A stretch of DNA of 35,668 nucleotides. Origin: a virus. Location: IMG/VR virus record IMGVR_UViG_3300045988_166040, positions 1 through 35,668 of that record. One strand, 5' to 3'. Under the pieces are notes generated by a model. It worked only from the letters and a program-made list of their open reading frames with translations, was not told the DNA's origin and ran no database searches. Shown here piece after piece: positions 25,676 to 35,588 of the stretch (its first letter is position 1; each line of letters starts with the position of its first letter). The translations under genes and the position numbers were made by a program.

Positions 25676-25712
25676 AAAACCATTTCGTTCACGTCAACGA
25701 AATGGTCTGTAT
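25676..25712 (-). terminator. Strong intrinsic terminator ending the head-gene transcript
   Basis: On the - strand: accatttcgtt-gacgtg-aacgaaatggt followed by ttttttgttt. Confidence 0.75.
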
Positions 25713-25728
25713 GTTTATGCTGTAGTCG

Positions 25729-26016
25729 CTATTTGTATCCCATCCGCCGCGAGTAATCATATATTTCATCAGTTATCTTTTCGGCGGCTTCAGTGTCATT
25801 TGCTTGATGAGCTCGGATTAACCTACGACGTAATTCAGTGAGTTTTTTGTCTTTTACTTGGCGTAATATCTTGTTGAATGTGTCGTGGGCTAGTCTGCGC
25901 TCATGACGGGACTTGAGAGGGTTATTAAACACCTCGTGCAGTCGTTTTAGTTCGCCCTCTCTTGTTCCGTCCATTTGCTTAACTCCAAGCTTCGGTGACT
26001 TCAACCTCTGGGTCAA
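25729..26016 (-). CDS. Small basic protein (95 aa), head-associated candidate
   Basis: Overlaps the upstream gene by 38 nt. Confidence 0.4.
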   Translation of the reverse strand: MTQRLKSPKLGVKQMDGTREGELKRLHEVFNNPLKSRHERRLAHDTFNKILRQVKDKKLTELRRRLIRAHQANDTEAAEKITDEIYDYSRRMGYK

Positions 26017-26359
26017 TGTCGTCTAGCGGTTCAAACTCTGCGCTGATTACTCTAATAACCTTTTGCATATTATCGTCATTGACGTTGCCATAGAACTTCC
26101 GAGCAATTTCCATATGGCTCATGCCATGGTTGTAAGCGTCGACAATATCCTTTTTAGAGACACTACGGCTAACGACCTCGTCGTCTGAGCTAGCTTCCTT
26201 AGCGTCAGCGATAATTTTCTCGGCTTCTGCTTTAGCCTGCGCAATGATATCAGCGGCGCTGGCTTCAGCCTCTTTCTTTGCCGCAGCAATCTGAGCCTCT
26301 ATGTCGTTTGGAGCTTCCGCTTTAGCCGGCTCTGGTTTCGGTGGAGTTTTCTCTGCCAT
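25979..26359 (-). CDS. Ala/Glu-rich acidic protein (126 aa), head decoration/accessory candidate
   Basis: Directly downstream of the capsid gene. Confidence 0.45.
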   Translation of the reverse strand: MAEKTPPKPEPAKAEAPNDIEAQIAAAKKEAEASAADIIAQAKAEAEKIIADAKEASSDDEVVSRSVSKKDIVDAYNHGMSHMEIARKFYGNVNDDNMQKVIRVISAEFEPLDDIDPEVEVTEAWS

Positions 26360-26410
26360 GTTATTTCCTTTCTTTGGCGGGGCGGCTCACACCGCCCCGG
26401 TTAATGGTTA

Positions 26411-27331
26411 CTAGTCCTTAGCACCCGTCTTAACGTTGATGATCCACTTTGGATCAAGCACTGCTGATGCAAACGCTTCAGCCTTCCAACCAACCGTCAT
26501 GAATTGGTTAAGTGGGTTAGAGGTATCGCCCTTATCGCTGATCTTGATGATAATCTTCTTCAAGCCGCTACCTGCCAAGTCCACTACGCCGAATGCCTCT
26601 TGACCGTGGATGAAGTTTGAGTAAACAGTCTTAGTGCTGCTCTCCTCCATCTGATTGCTTGATGCCTCGATAAAGCGAACTTTATGCAAGCGCCCCAACT
26701 CGCCCTTGTACAGTTCTGGACGGCCAGTATACTTCTGCGCATCAACCCATGCAGTATCGCTGGTGATGTTGTAGGCAGTATCTGGACCGACCTTACCCAA
26801 GAAATAGCCGTCAGGGTAGACCATCGCGTTGTTTTTCTTCAACGTGCGGACTGCTTTGCGAACTTCCGTAACGGTTAAAATGTCGTCGTCGGTAATGCCT
26901 GTTAACGCACTTTTACCATTAGCAAACTGAACGGTTGCGCCTTGGTGCAGTACATTGCGAACCAATGCATCGATTGTCTCGCCTGCGTTTTGCCCCATCA
27001 TCTCAATCGTTTCTTTCATCTCACGATCAATTGATGTGTTATACAGCATACTCGAGACCTTTGTCCATTTACCGTAACCCTTTAGGGTAGCAGTAACCTT
27101 GTTACTCTTGATCTCGTCGTCCTGCGGGTTTTCACCTTCCACGAGCGGTGTAGTCGCTGGGGCGAATGGTGAACGTTTGGTGAAGGTAACGGTTGTACCG
27201 CTGTTCTTCTCCAGGGTTTTCTTTTTTGCACCTTCAGCATGAATTGTGCGCGCTTCACTACGCTCCAAGAATGTTTTTTCCAGGTACTGGATCATCTCGG
27301 CTGAAAGTGTTGCGGTCGTGTTTGTTGCCAT
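26411..27331 (-). CDS. Major capsid protein candidate (306 aa)
   Basis: Position immediately after the scaffold gene, size, and strong RBS. Confidence 0.6.
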   Translation of the reverse strand: MATNTTATLSAEMIQYLEKTFLERSEARTIHAEGAKKKTLEKNSGTTVTFTKRSPFAPATTPLVEGENPQDDEIKSNKVTATLKGYGKWTKVSSMLYNTSIDREMKETIEMMGQNAGETIDALVRNVLHQGATVQFANGKSALTGITDDDILTVTEVRKAVRTLKKNNAMVYPDGYFLGKVGPDTAYNITSDTAWVDAQKYTGRPELYKGELGRLHKVRFIEASSNQMEESSTKTVYSNFIHGQEAFGVVDLAGSGLKKIIIKISDKGDTSNPLNQFMTVGWKAEAFASAVLDPKWIINVKTGAKD

Positions 27332-27345
27332 CTTTATAGCCTTTC

Positions 27346-28248
27346 TTAAACGTCATGTCCCTTTCGGCGAAGATAAGCTTCCATCTCTTTAGTGGACATC
27401 TTCTCAAACGGTTTCTCGACTCGGGCACCGCTACCGCGGAAATCACCTGCATCGTTTATCACCGTTCGTTTAGCACCCTTGCCTCTCGCCTTATGGAATG
27501 ACTGATATAGTTGATATATACTCTCTCGCGAACCAACAATATTGCCAGCGTTATCATAAATGAGCATTCCTTGTAGGAATTCATTCACATCAGCATCAAG
27601 CTCTGGATCATATTCATCAGATTCTGGGTCGAACTCTGGAAAATCCTTGAGTGCCCGTTCAGCATCTGACGACATGCCGCTAATTGATGCACTGACTTGG
27701 GCTTCGTAAGCCGCTTGTTCTTGAGCTTCCTGCATACCCGCTATCTGCTGCTGTAGCTGCAGGTTTTGCAACACCGCCTTAGCTTCAAATTCAGTGAAGA
27801 AATCTCCAGTTTCTGGATTCTCCGTCTGCATAATCTGTTCTAGCGTTGGTAGTGGCTGGTTTTGCATTTCAGGTGGTGTTTCCTGATACTGCTGTGCCTG
27901 CTCTTGCTCCAACTGTTGACGGGTAGCTCTCGCTTGGTTTCGCTTGGCAACCAATTCACGGATAGCTCGATTATCTTCGTCTAACTCGCGTTCTAGTTGC
28001 TCTTGGCGGACTTCCTTGCCCCGTTTTGGCTTCGGGTCGTCGTCTGACTTATCCTCAGACTCTTCCTCTTTGGACTTATCGACTTTGACACGTACCACCT
28101 CACCGCTATCTGAGATAACCGCTTTAGTGTTTGACTCGCTCGAAGCCTCAGAGTTTTTCGTTTCAGCTGCCGTCGACTCAGCTTGGGTAGACTCCTGTTC
28201 TACCTCGGTATTTACGACTTCTTGGCTTTCCGCTTCTGCTTGCGGCAT
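27346..28248 (-). CDS. Scaffolding protein candidate (300 aa, acidic, Q-rich)
   Basis: Lies between portal and capsid. Strongly acidic N-terminus and helical/Q-rich composition. Confidence 0.55.
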   Translation of the reverse strand: MPQAEAESQEVVNTEVEQESTQAESTAAETKNSEASSESNTKAVISDSGEVVRVKVDKSKEEESEDKSDDDPKPKRGKEVRQEQLERELDEDNRAIRELVAKRNQARATRQQLEQEQAQQYQETPPEMQNQPLPTLEQIMQTENPETGDFFTEFEAKAVLQNLQLQQQIAGMQEAQEQAAYEAQVSASISGMSSDAERALKDFPEFDPESDEYDPELDADVNEFLQGMLIYDNAGNIVGSRESIYQLYQSFHKARGKGAKRTVINDAGDFRGSGARVEKPFEKMSTKEMEAYLRRKGHDV

Positions 28249-28370
28249 AGCACCCTCCTTCTCATTACATTATTTTGACGTCGATTACAGGTGACGAACC
28301 TGGGCTGCGTGAGATGCGCTCCTCTGGTCAGCTATTAGCGAGGATTAGCCAACCAAAGCAACACACCTCC

Positions 28371-28673
28371 CTAAATGGGATCGATGATACTTTCCAATAC
28401 ACTCCTTTCCTCTCGTAAAATCCGCACAACTTCCTTATGGGCTAGTATGTAAATCGATAACTGCTCTTTGTCGGTAACAGCTTCATTCGGGATAGCATCA
28501 AGTGATTTGTAATAATCGATCCGCTCGTTCCATCGGTCTATAATTTGCTGCAACTTATTCAGCTCCTTAGCTACAACAGCATTTTCCTCTTTCTTGGCTT
28601 TTTCGCGCTGCTCATCCATGTCAGCATTTGGCACAAAGTACTCGGTACTACGTGGGTATAGATTGTCTTCCAT
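28371..28673 (-). CDS. Hypothetical coiled-coil protein (100 aa)
   Basis: One-nt overlap with the portal stop. Confidence 0.4.
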   Translation of the reverse strand: MEDNLYPRSTEYFVPNADMDEQREKAKKEENAVVAKELNKLQQIIDRWNERIDYYKSLDAIPNEAVTDKEQLSIYILAHKEVVRILREERSVLESIIDPI

Positions 28674-30604
28674 TATTCATCCTCCTCTTTCTGGATAACG
28701 CCCATAATGGAGGCGATTATCTCTTCCTCGGTAAAACCTTTTTCAACCATGCTTGGCACCTCCGCGATTAAGTCTTCAGGGGTACCTATCTGACGCAATT
28801 CATCTACAATGCTTGGCTCTACATCTTCTTGTGGCTCTACGGGGTTTTCAGCAACCTGCACCCCATCTTCTACGGGCTGTTCGGCCGTTTCTTCTGCGGC
28901 TGTTTCATCAGTAGCAGGAATTGCGGTTTGAGTTTGTGCCTCCTGCATTTCTTCTTCAGTAACTTTTAGCTCGTCTAGTCCATCAATGCCAGAGTTAGTA
29001 ACAATAGCGTTCCATGCCGCCAACTTCTTTTTGATTGGTACGACCTGATTGAGTGATTGGCTTGAGTCTAATGTCTGAATGAGTGTTTTCAGTGCATCAA
29101 GCTGTGCCGCTTCACTGTTGACTTTGGTGGTTGAGGCGTCAATCTTAAACTTCAATACACCTTGTGCTTTAGAGAAATCAATAGTTGCTACGTTATTTTT
29201 ATCTAGCTCAATACCGTCCAGCTTATGACCATCGCGCTCCAATGTTCGTAACTTCTCAGCCGTTTCATCATCAAGCTGCATTTTCTCCACTCCGCTACGC
29301 TCAGCAAAGTAGAGGTTAATAGCTGTCTCGCTCCATTCTTCAAAGAATGCTTCAAAACCTTTGCGGAGGGCGTTATCATCAATGGATAATTGTGCTTGTT
29401 GAGTCTTGAGTGCTTGTGGGGTTTTACCGAATCCTGGATTGCCGACCTCAGCACTGATTGAGGTGTCTGGGCTATTGACCAGGTTGAGCATTTGCGACTT
29501 CTGTAAACCGTACAGGTTCGGGTATTCGCGTAAGGCCGTCGTGTCAATATTCATAACTTCAATACGTGCATTTGGGTCTGGTATCTTATTCAGGGCGTTA
29601 GGCCCAAAGTTCAATCGCCTCTCGTTCACATTACCGTAAACATTAGTAGTAGGTTGCAAGGCGATAGCACGGTTGTACTGGTAGGCTTGCATATCGCCAT
29701 CGATGAGGTTTTGCAGAGGACCGATAAGCTCCAGTACGCTACGACCAAGAGGGTTTGCACCATCGGCGTCATAGAAATACCAAGATATAGGTATCTTACC
29801 GCGCGGGTCTTTATTTTGCTTGCGTCGCACAATCTTTTCAGTAGTAGGATTGAAGGTGTAGAACGTTGCACCAATACCAACCTGAAAACCGGTTACAATT
29901 TCAATACCTGATGGGTCAAGCGAACGCTCCTGCTCAGCTTCATTCTGTGCTTTATCATCTTTGCTGATAATAGCTTTCTTGATTTCATCCAAAGCTTCCA
30001 GATCCCATGACGGCTCATATTCTGCATTCTCTTCCTTAGCTTTGCGGCGGCGTTCTTTTTCAGCATCAATAAGCTGCTCGACGTCAGCCTCTTGCCACCA
30101 TGAACGCATGAATACATAGCTGCAATCACTAGCAGATTTCTTACCTGGTTGAATAAAAATATCTCGCCAGGATACGATCAGGTAGTCTGGCAGGAGCTCG
30201 TCGTCGTTATATAGCATTGGCGTATACACACCCTGCGCGCCAAATGTCTCACCGCCCTCTACTGTCATCCAGCTTTTGTGAATCAAGTTATATTCAGTAT
30301 TGGCGTTAGGCAGAATTTTCTCTAGGTAGACAAGCTCGGCGATAATCGGCCATGGACTGTTTTCATCGACAGTACTAACTACACCAGTTGGCAACTGCTG
30401 AATCGTACGTCGCGGCGATTTGATGATAATTGAAGATGCTGTGCCGTCGGTAGTCTTTGGAAATGCCTTCGGGATTTTTGGGTGTGGCTTATTTCGGGCA
30501 ATGCGAGAAAACTCCGGAAACGGCTTGGTTAGCAGTTCGGTCTGCTCTTTAGCAGTACCGTATAGGTCAAAGATATTTTTCTCTGTTAGAAAAGAAAAAG
30601 CCAC
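28673..30604 (-). CDS. Portal protein (643 aa)
   Basis: Large ORF between terminase and scaffold with an acidic C-terminus. Confidence 0.7.
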   Translation of the reverse strand: MAFSFLTEKNIFDLYGTAKEQTELLTKPFPEFSRIARNKPHPKIPKAFPKTTDGTASSIIIKSPRRTIQQLPTGVVSTVDENSPWPIIAELVYLEKILPNANTEYNLIHKSWMTVEGGETFGAQGVYTPMLYNDDELLPDYLIVSWRDIFIQPGKKSASDCSYVFMRSWWQEADVEQLIDAEKERRRKAKEENAEYEPSWDLEALDEIKKAIISKDDKAQNEAEQERSLDPSGIEIVTGFQVGIGATFYTFNPTTEKIVRRKQNKDPRGKIPISWYFYDADGANPLGRSVLELIGPLQNLIDGDMQAYQYNRAIALQPTTNVYGNVNERRLNFGPNALNKIPDPNARIEVMNIDTTALREYPNLYGLQKSQMLNLVNSPDTSISAEVGNPGFGKTPQALKTQQAQLSIDDNALRKGFEAFFEEWSETAINLYFAERSGVEKMQLDDETAEKLRTLERDGHKLDGIELDKNNVATIDFSKAQGVLKFKIDASTTKVNSEAAQLDALKTLIQTLDSSQSLNQVVPIKKKLAAWNAIVTNSGIDGLDELKVTEEEMQEAQTQTAIPATDETAAEETAEQPVEDGVQVAENPVEPQEDVEPSIVDELRQIGTPEDLIAEVPSMVEKGFTEEEIIASIMGVIQKEEDE

Positions 30605-30707
30605 TGATTACTCCAAAGATTACTGTTATTCGCAGTAAACTCTGGTTGTTTTCAGTGGTTTACGCTCGTATTATATCACAATTATGTTTATTGGGAAACG
30701 TCCCTTG

Positions 30708-31010
30708 CTATGTTCTGATTCTCGTATATTCAAAGACAACATCGAATGAGCCTTTGTATAACATTTTTGCTCGGCCGTCATAGCGGATTGACGGATTAAC
30801 TAGTCCCTCGTCTTTCTCAATCCGTATCGCTAATTCATCGACCTTGTCCCGCGCCTCCGCCATAGACCCAACACGAAAACGTTCTTCGTAATGCAATTTT
30901 GTGCCGATGACACTACTGTTCTGATAGTTTTTCTCAACTTCAACCGTCGTGTTCTCGTTAAGCTGCTTTTTCTCTTTGACTTTGCCAAACTCTGGTACAA
31001 ATTTTTTCAT
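30708..31010 (-). CDS. Hypothetical protein (100 aa) between terL and portal
   Basis: ORF with RBS. Confidence 0.4.
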   Translation of the reverse strand: MKKFVPEFGKVKEKKQLNENTTVEVEKNYQNSSVIGTKLHYEERFRVGSMAEARDKVDELAIRIEKDEGLVNPSIRYDGRAKMLYKGSFDVVFEYTRIRT

Positions 31011-31020
31011 AATTCCCTCC

Positions 31021-32526
31021 TTAATTCCATGTTGCCATTACGTCTCTATCCGCAAGCGATTGATTATACGCTTCACCACTGCCGACGTCGTCCTCTGGGC
31101 GTTGAGCCAGCTGTACTTGATATGCTAATGAATCGCTTGCATCATCGTTGGTGGCTTTTGGAAACATACTAAGCTCGTCTTCTAGGTCTTTACAGAAATT
31201 TGTATCACCGTGTTTAATATGGTAAATGCCGCCACGTTCGTATCGTGGAACTAGAGCTTCAATTCTCAGCGCCTTGTTGTGTCCGCCGTGCTTCAGTAGC
31301 TCAACATCTATGTAGACGCCACGACGTAACATCCCCTCTTCCCAGACAGACTTCAGGGCTTGAGTGAACTGGTTGTCCTCGATGCCAATCTTGTGTAGGT
31401 TGTACCGCTTCCAGTTCGTAAACATAAGATCAATCAGGTCTGTTGCTGATAGTTTTGTCCGATAACATATCACGTTCCATTTGCCTTCACGATCGATAAA
31501 GTTGAGGGTGATACCAATATAGTCAGTACCCTGCTTCACGTCATCCGCACCTCGCGGGTCAATGGTCATGACGTTGTAGGTATCAAGTTGCAACACCTTA
31601 CTGAATTCGCGGTATTTGTACCACGCCTGCTTGAACTTGCGGTTCTCTTCGTCAATTGGGTTTTGCTGATAAAGTGCCGAGAACTCGTAACTGCCCATCT
31701 CAGCACGCTTTTTTAACAGTTTCTCAAGCGAAAACTTTGCTGGCCATAGTGCCTCACCTGCTTTGCGATGTTCGTCGTCTTCAGTGGCGATAGCCTTGTA
31801 TTCAATGATTTTCCAGTCGTCGTATGGTTCGCCGCGCAGTCTCGCTTCACGTGAGGCTTGTATCACGCGCCCCGCTAAATCGTCATCATGCCAACGCGTA
31901 AGAATAAATACGACCATCGAATTACCTTCTTCTCGTGTAGAGAATGTTGATTTATACCAGCCGTCACGAGCTTCACGGATTACAGGACTGTCTGCTTCCT
32001 CACGGTTTTTGAATGGATCGTCGATGATACCAATCTTAAAACCTCGTCCGGTCAATGCGCCACCAACACCGACTGCGGTGTAGCCGCCACCCTCTTTAGT
32101 AATCCAGTGCCCTTTGGCGCGGGCATCTGCACGTAGTCGTGTTGAGAACATAGCACTGTACGTATCTGACTGCATGATATCTCTGGTTTTTTGACCAAAG
32201 TCGGTAGCTAGCTCAGCAGAATATGACGATACAACTATTGGTATGCTTGGGCTTTTGCCTAATACCCATGACGGGAATTTCTGGGTGGCGGTGTCGCTCT
32301 TGCCGTGTCGTGGAGGCATAAATATCATCAGGCGAACATCTTCACCTGCCATTAGCCGCCGATAGCCACGCTCCAATTCCTTTGCAATCTCAGCATGAAA
32401 CCATTCCAGCTGATATTTCGGATCAATAGCAATACAATACTCAGCAAATGAGCCATATTCAGCAATCTCTCTAAGAATCCCGATTGTCTGCTCTTGCTCT
32501 GAGAAGCTGTTCGGCTTGGCTCGCAC
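31021..32526 (-). CDS. terL: Terminase large subunit
   Basis: Walker A FMPPRHGKS. Walker B-like IGIIDDP. C-terminal RNaseH-like nuclease region with conserved Asp residues. GTG start. Confidence 0.9.
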   Translation of the reverse strand: MRAKPNSFSEQEQTIGILREIAEYGSFAEYCIAIDPKYQLEWFHAEIAKELERGYRRLMAGEDVRLMIFMPPRHGKSDTATQKFPSWVLGKSPSIPIVVSSYSAELATDFGQKTRDIMQSDTYSAMFSTRLRADARAKGHWITKEGGGYTAVGVGGALTGRGFKIGIIDDPFKNREEADSPVIREARDGWYKSTFSTREEGNSMVVFILTRWHDDDLAGRVIQASREARLRGEPYDDWKIIEYKAIATEDDEHRKAGEALWPAKFSLEKLLKKRAEMGSYEFSALYQQNPIDEENRKFKQAWYKYREFSKVLQLDTYNVMTIDPRGADDVKQGTDYIGITLNFIDREGKWNVICYRTKLSATDLIDLMFTNWKRYNLHKIGIEDNQFTQALKSVWEEGMLRRGVYIDVELLKHGGHNKALRIEALVPRYERGGIYHIKHGDTNFCKDLEDELSMFPKATNDDASDSLAYQVQLAQRPEDDVGSGEAYNQSLADRDVMATWN

Positions 32527-33013
32527 TGAGAGAAACTCCTATGTCGTTACCGTTTGTTGTCATGTCCAGCTTATCCCCGTAAACTTTTGGATTCTGCTTA
32601 GCCATCAGCCATTTGCGTGTATCAATTCTTAAGCGAGAACGCTGCACATGTTCGCCGTTGAGAGTGTATCCAAGAAGATTACCAGAATCATCAAGCTTTT
32701 CCATGTAATCATTTCTGGCGTCGTCAGCAATCTCCAGGATTTCTTCAGCATGCATATACGACCGCTCCTCACACGCGCGCGCGTATTGCTCACTAAACTT
32801 ATCATTTTCTCGCAGCCAGCGAAAAAATGTCTGCATTGAGATCATATCCTCTTTTGAACAAATAGAACGGACCGATTGTCCTTGGGCAATCATCTGACAG
32901 ATTTTATCTGCAAGTTTATTTGTATACTTCGAAGGACGTCCAACCCTCTTTGGTGGACGTTTAGGTGGTGTTTTATGAGTGGATTGGTCTTTAGTTTTAG
33001 TGGTTTTTGCCAC
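32471..33013 (-). CDS. terS: Terminase small subunit (Terminase_2-type HTH)
   Basis: VGRPSKYTNKLADKICQMIAQGQSVRSICSKEDMISMQTFFRWLREN is the classic TerS N-terminal HTH. GTG start with GAGGAA RBS. Overlaps terL by 56 nt. Confidence 0.85.
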   Translation of the reverse strand: MAKTTKTKDQSTHKTPPKRPPKRVGRPSKYTNKLADKICQMIAQGQSVRSICSKEDMISMQTFFRWLRENDKFSEQYARACEERSYMHAEEILEIADDARNDYMEKLDDSGNLLGYTLNGEHVQRSRLRIDTRKWLMAKQNPKVYGDKLDMTTNGNDIGVSLSASQAEQLLRARADNRDS

Positions 33014-33134
33014 TTAATATTCCTCGCGGTGGAATATTTAAACTAGAGGACCTTTACTGCTTTCGATTATATAATATTGTTGGCAATTTAGTAAATAATC
33101 TTTCAAAAATCCCTAAGAATATTTACAAAAGGTA

Positions 33135-33163
33135 TTGACGTTTGGCACTACTTTTGCTATACT
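33135..33163 (+). promoter_or_regulatory. Consensus-like sigma70 promoter (TTGACG-17-TATACT) for the + strand lysogeny operon
   Basis: ttgacg tttggcactacttttgc tatact. Shares tttgctatactaa with the tRNA promoter. Confidence 0.7.
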
Positions 33164-33263
33164 AAAGACAGTCAAGAAGGAAGCGGCGCAAACAAATCAC
33201 AAGGCGCGACAGCACAACACTCTGACTAGCGACTAAGCTAACTTTCTCGAAAGGAGAAACACA

Positions 33264-33485
33264 ATGGCAAAAATAATAGGTGAATACACGAAAACGGTTC
33301 ACATCGTTGTTTATACATATTCTGGCACAGAAGTAAGAGAAGCGGTGATCATTGATAAACACACTATCGCAGTTATGGGCGACAGACCAGTAAAACATCT
33401 TGTGACGGCAACCTTACAGAACCTGAAAGACTTAGGTGTACTAGAAGGACCGTGCCACTGGATTAACCTTAAGAGAAAACAGTAG
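33264..33485 (+). CDS. Hypothetical protein (73 aa), first gene of the lysogeny-side operon
   Basis: RBS AAAGGAGAAA upstream. Confidence 0.5.
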   Translation: MAKIIGEYTKTVHIVVYTYSGTEVREAVIIDKHTIAVMGDRPVKHLVTATLQNLKDLGVLEGPCHWINLKRKQ

Positions 33486-33530
33486 TAAATATTGCCTCGC
33501 CGGCGGCATTGTAGCCGGCAGGAAGGTCAA

Positions 33531-33674
33531 ATGAAAAAAACTAAGCATATCTACGTCAAAATATCAGAGAGTGATCACCAGCAAATCGTCAAGCGAGCGG
33601 CAGAGCTTAATTTGACCATCAGTGAGTATATCCGACGGTTGGTTTTGGTGGATATTGCGAAAGCTGAGAAATAG
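33531..33674 (+). CDS. Ribbon-helix-helix (MobC/CopG-like) DNA-binding protein
   Basis: KHIYVKISESDHQQIVKRAAELNLTISEYIRRLVL matches the RHH pattern. GGAAGG RBS before ATG 33531. Upstream GC palindromes cgccggcg / gccggc are candidate operators. Confidence 0.5.
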   Translation: MKKTKHIYVKISESDHQQIVKRAAELNLTISEYIRRLVLVDIAKAEK

Positions 33675-33710
33675 TGCTAAACTGTGAGTGCTAGTTTAGT
33701 CGCTAGTAAA

Positions 33711-33745
33711 AGACCGCTGATTTAGTTTAGCGGTCTTTATTGATT
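33711..33745 (+). terminator. Intrinsic terminator after the RHH gene
   Basis: aagaccgct-gatttagttt-agcggtctt followed by a T-rich tract. Confidence 0.55.
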
Positions 33746-33771
33746 GTTTATCGACTATTCTTCAAAACAAC

Positions 33772-33798
33772 TTGACAAATCATCTTAATTGATATAAT
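33772..33798 (+). promoter_or_regulatory. Promoter (TTGACA-15-TGaTATAAT, extended -10) upstream of 33900 ORF/integrase
   Basis: Read directly from the sequence. Confidence 0.5.
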
Positions 33799-33899
33799 CT
33801 CTGAATACTAGAGCCTTAGTTGAGAATCCCGTTGCCAGTTATCTGGTGCGGGATTTTTACGTCCCACTGTATAAAATAGTACTTTTGCGAGGGTAATTA

Positions 33900-34289
33900 G
33901 TGGATGGTAATAAGGATTCTGAAAAACGTGTCAAGACCTTGCGTAAGCGACTTGGCGCGGCATCAGATTTAATAAAGGACGATGTGTACTTGCCCCTTTT
34001 TAGAAATCGGCAGATACGCTATCCGAAAGAATTTGAAGAAAGTATAGCTCAAGCCCAGCGCAAGAAACACCCAGACCGCTGGTTTGCTAAGGTGTGGTCA
34101 TGCGCTAATACGTTTGATTCTCTTAAAATGTTAGCTAAATATGTGGCACGCAAAGTGGCAGAATGCGCCAAGAAAGTACACGACGAAAAGCTAAAGAAAC
34201 AGATGAAGCGAATCAATCCAAATGGATTATTAAAGCTGGCTGAAATTAAAAAACAGCGTAAATCAGTAGCTGGTAATTTACTGCTGTAG
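33900..34289 (+). CDS. Hypothetical basic protein (129 aa)
   Basis: ORF between the RHH gene and the integrase. Confidence 0.45.
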   Translation: MDGNKDSEKRVKTLRKRLGAASDLIKDDVYLPLFRNRQIRYPKEFEESIAQAQRKKHPDRWFAKVWSCANTFDSLKMLAKYVARKVAECAKKVHDEKLKKQMKRINPNGLLKLAEIKKQRKSVAGNLLL

Positions 34290-34554
34290 TTTTTTCTGAT
34301 CATCTTTCTGGACACGGCGACGACCGTGTATTTCTTGCTGTCTGAACTCTGTTTTTATATAACAAAATGCTTATATTTTCAAATAATAAGACTTTGTCAC
34401 ACTGAATCCTCGCCGATTCTTGTATTATTTTTTAAGAAAGGTGGGTATTAAGCATGATTTTTATATTTTTTAGCCAATAAACAGCTCTATAAAGAACTAT
34501 TTTAGTAAATCTTTCATTATAACGATCTTTATAAAGAGACCAGTGGAGTTTTTT

Positions 34555-35439
34555 ATGATGAATAATATTTCAGATTGCTTTAGTGACTTTTTGCGAGACG
34601 AAGTCATACTATGCGACAGGAGTAGCAAAACCATAGAGCGTTACCAATGCTTTTGCAGACTACTAATCAATTTCTTAGGAAACAAACCTATCAATTCCGT
34701 ATCTCTAGAAGATACAAGAAAATGGCGTGAGATGCTCTACTCATACCAGAAGCCAGATACTGTCAGAGGCTATATAGTTTGCCTCAAGTGTTTCTTCAAA
34801 TATTGCCAGCGCAAGGGTCGCCAGCTATTATTTGACACCGAAGACATTAAGATACCTAAGCGTGAAAAACGCACCCTAGATATTCCAACCGAAGATGAAG
34901 TTGAAGAGTTTATTTCCATCTTAGCCATGAAGCGGCGCGGCTACTGTAATGCTAATAGGCTGCGTAATGTTGCCATTGGCAGACTGATCTTCTCATCAGG
35001 TATACGCGTTAGCGAAGTCTGTGCGTTAAATAAGAATTCAATCAAGAATAGGCAATTCACTGTCATTGGTAAGAGTCGTGATCCAAGAATATGCTTTATT
35101 GATTCACAGACTGAAGAGGCTATTTCAAACTACTTAAACATCCGTACAGATAGTAACCTGGCGCTATTTATTTCACATCAGACAGAACGAAGAATGACAC
35201 CAGGTAACGTCCGTAATGCGTTTGAGGCAGCTTGCGCTCGCTCTGATGGACAATTCGTTGGCATTAGACCGCACGCCCTGCGTCATAGCTTTGCTACCAA
35301 AATGTTGAATAGGCATGTAGATTTACGCTACATTGGCGACCTTATGGGACATGCTGATCTAAACACGACCAAGGTGTATACGCACTATACCAACCCGCAA
35401 TTACGAGCCATTTACGACCGCGCCCACGGCGAAATATAA
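34555..35439 (+). CDS. int: Tyrosine recombinase / integrase (XerC/D-like)
   Basis: C-terminal catalytic signature ...RPHALRHSFATKML...LMGHADLNTTKVYTHY (R-H-R-Y). GGAG RBS. Confidence 0.92.
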   Translation: MMNNISDCFSDFLRDEVILCDRSSKTIERYQCFCRLLINFLGNKPINSVSLEDTRKWREMLYSYQKPDTVRGYIVCLKCFFKYCQRKGRQLLFDTEDIKIPKREKRTLDIPTEDEVEEFISILAMKRRGYCNANRLRNVAIGRLIFSSGIRVSEVCALNKNSIKNRQFTVIGKSRDPRICFIDSQTEEAISNYLNIRTDSNLALFISHQTERRMTPGNVRNAFEAACARSDGQFVGIRPHALRHSFATKMLNRHVDLRYIGDLMGHADLNTTKVYTHYTNPQLRAIYDRAHGEI

Positions 35440-35469
35440 GAGGTGAATTTATAAAGTAGTCACTGCTTA

Positions 35470-35498
35470 TTGACATAAGCAGGTTTATTTGCTATACT
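35470..35498 (+). promoter_or_regulatory. Consensus sigma70 promoter (TTGACA-17-TATACT) driving the tRNA-like gene
   Basis: ttgaca taagcaggtttatttgc tatact. Confidence 0.7.
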
Positions 35499-35588
35499 AA
35501 CCACATAGTCGGAAGACATGAACATTGCATCACACAGATTAAAGCTTATAGAAAGCAAAATCTACTGTCAAAAGCATGTTTACTACAT

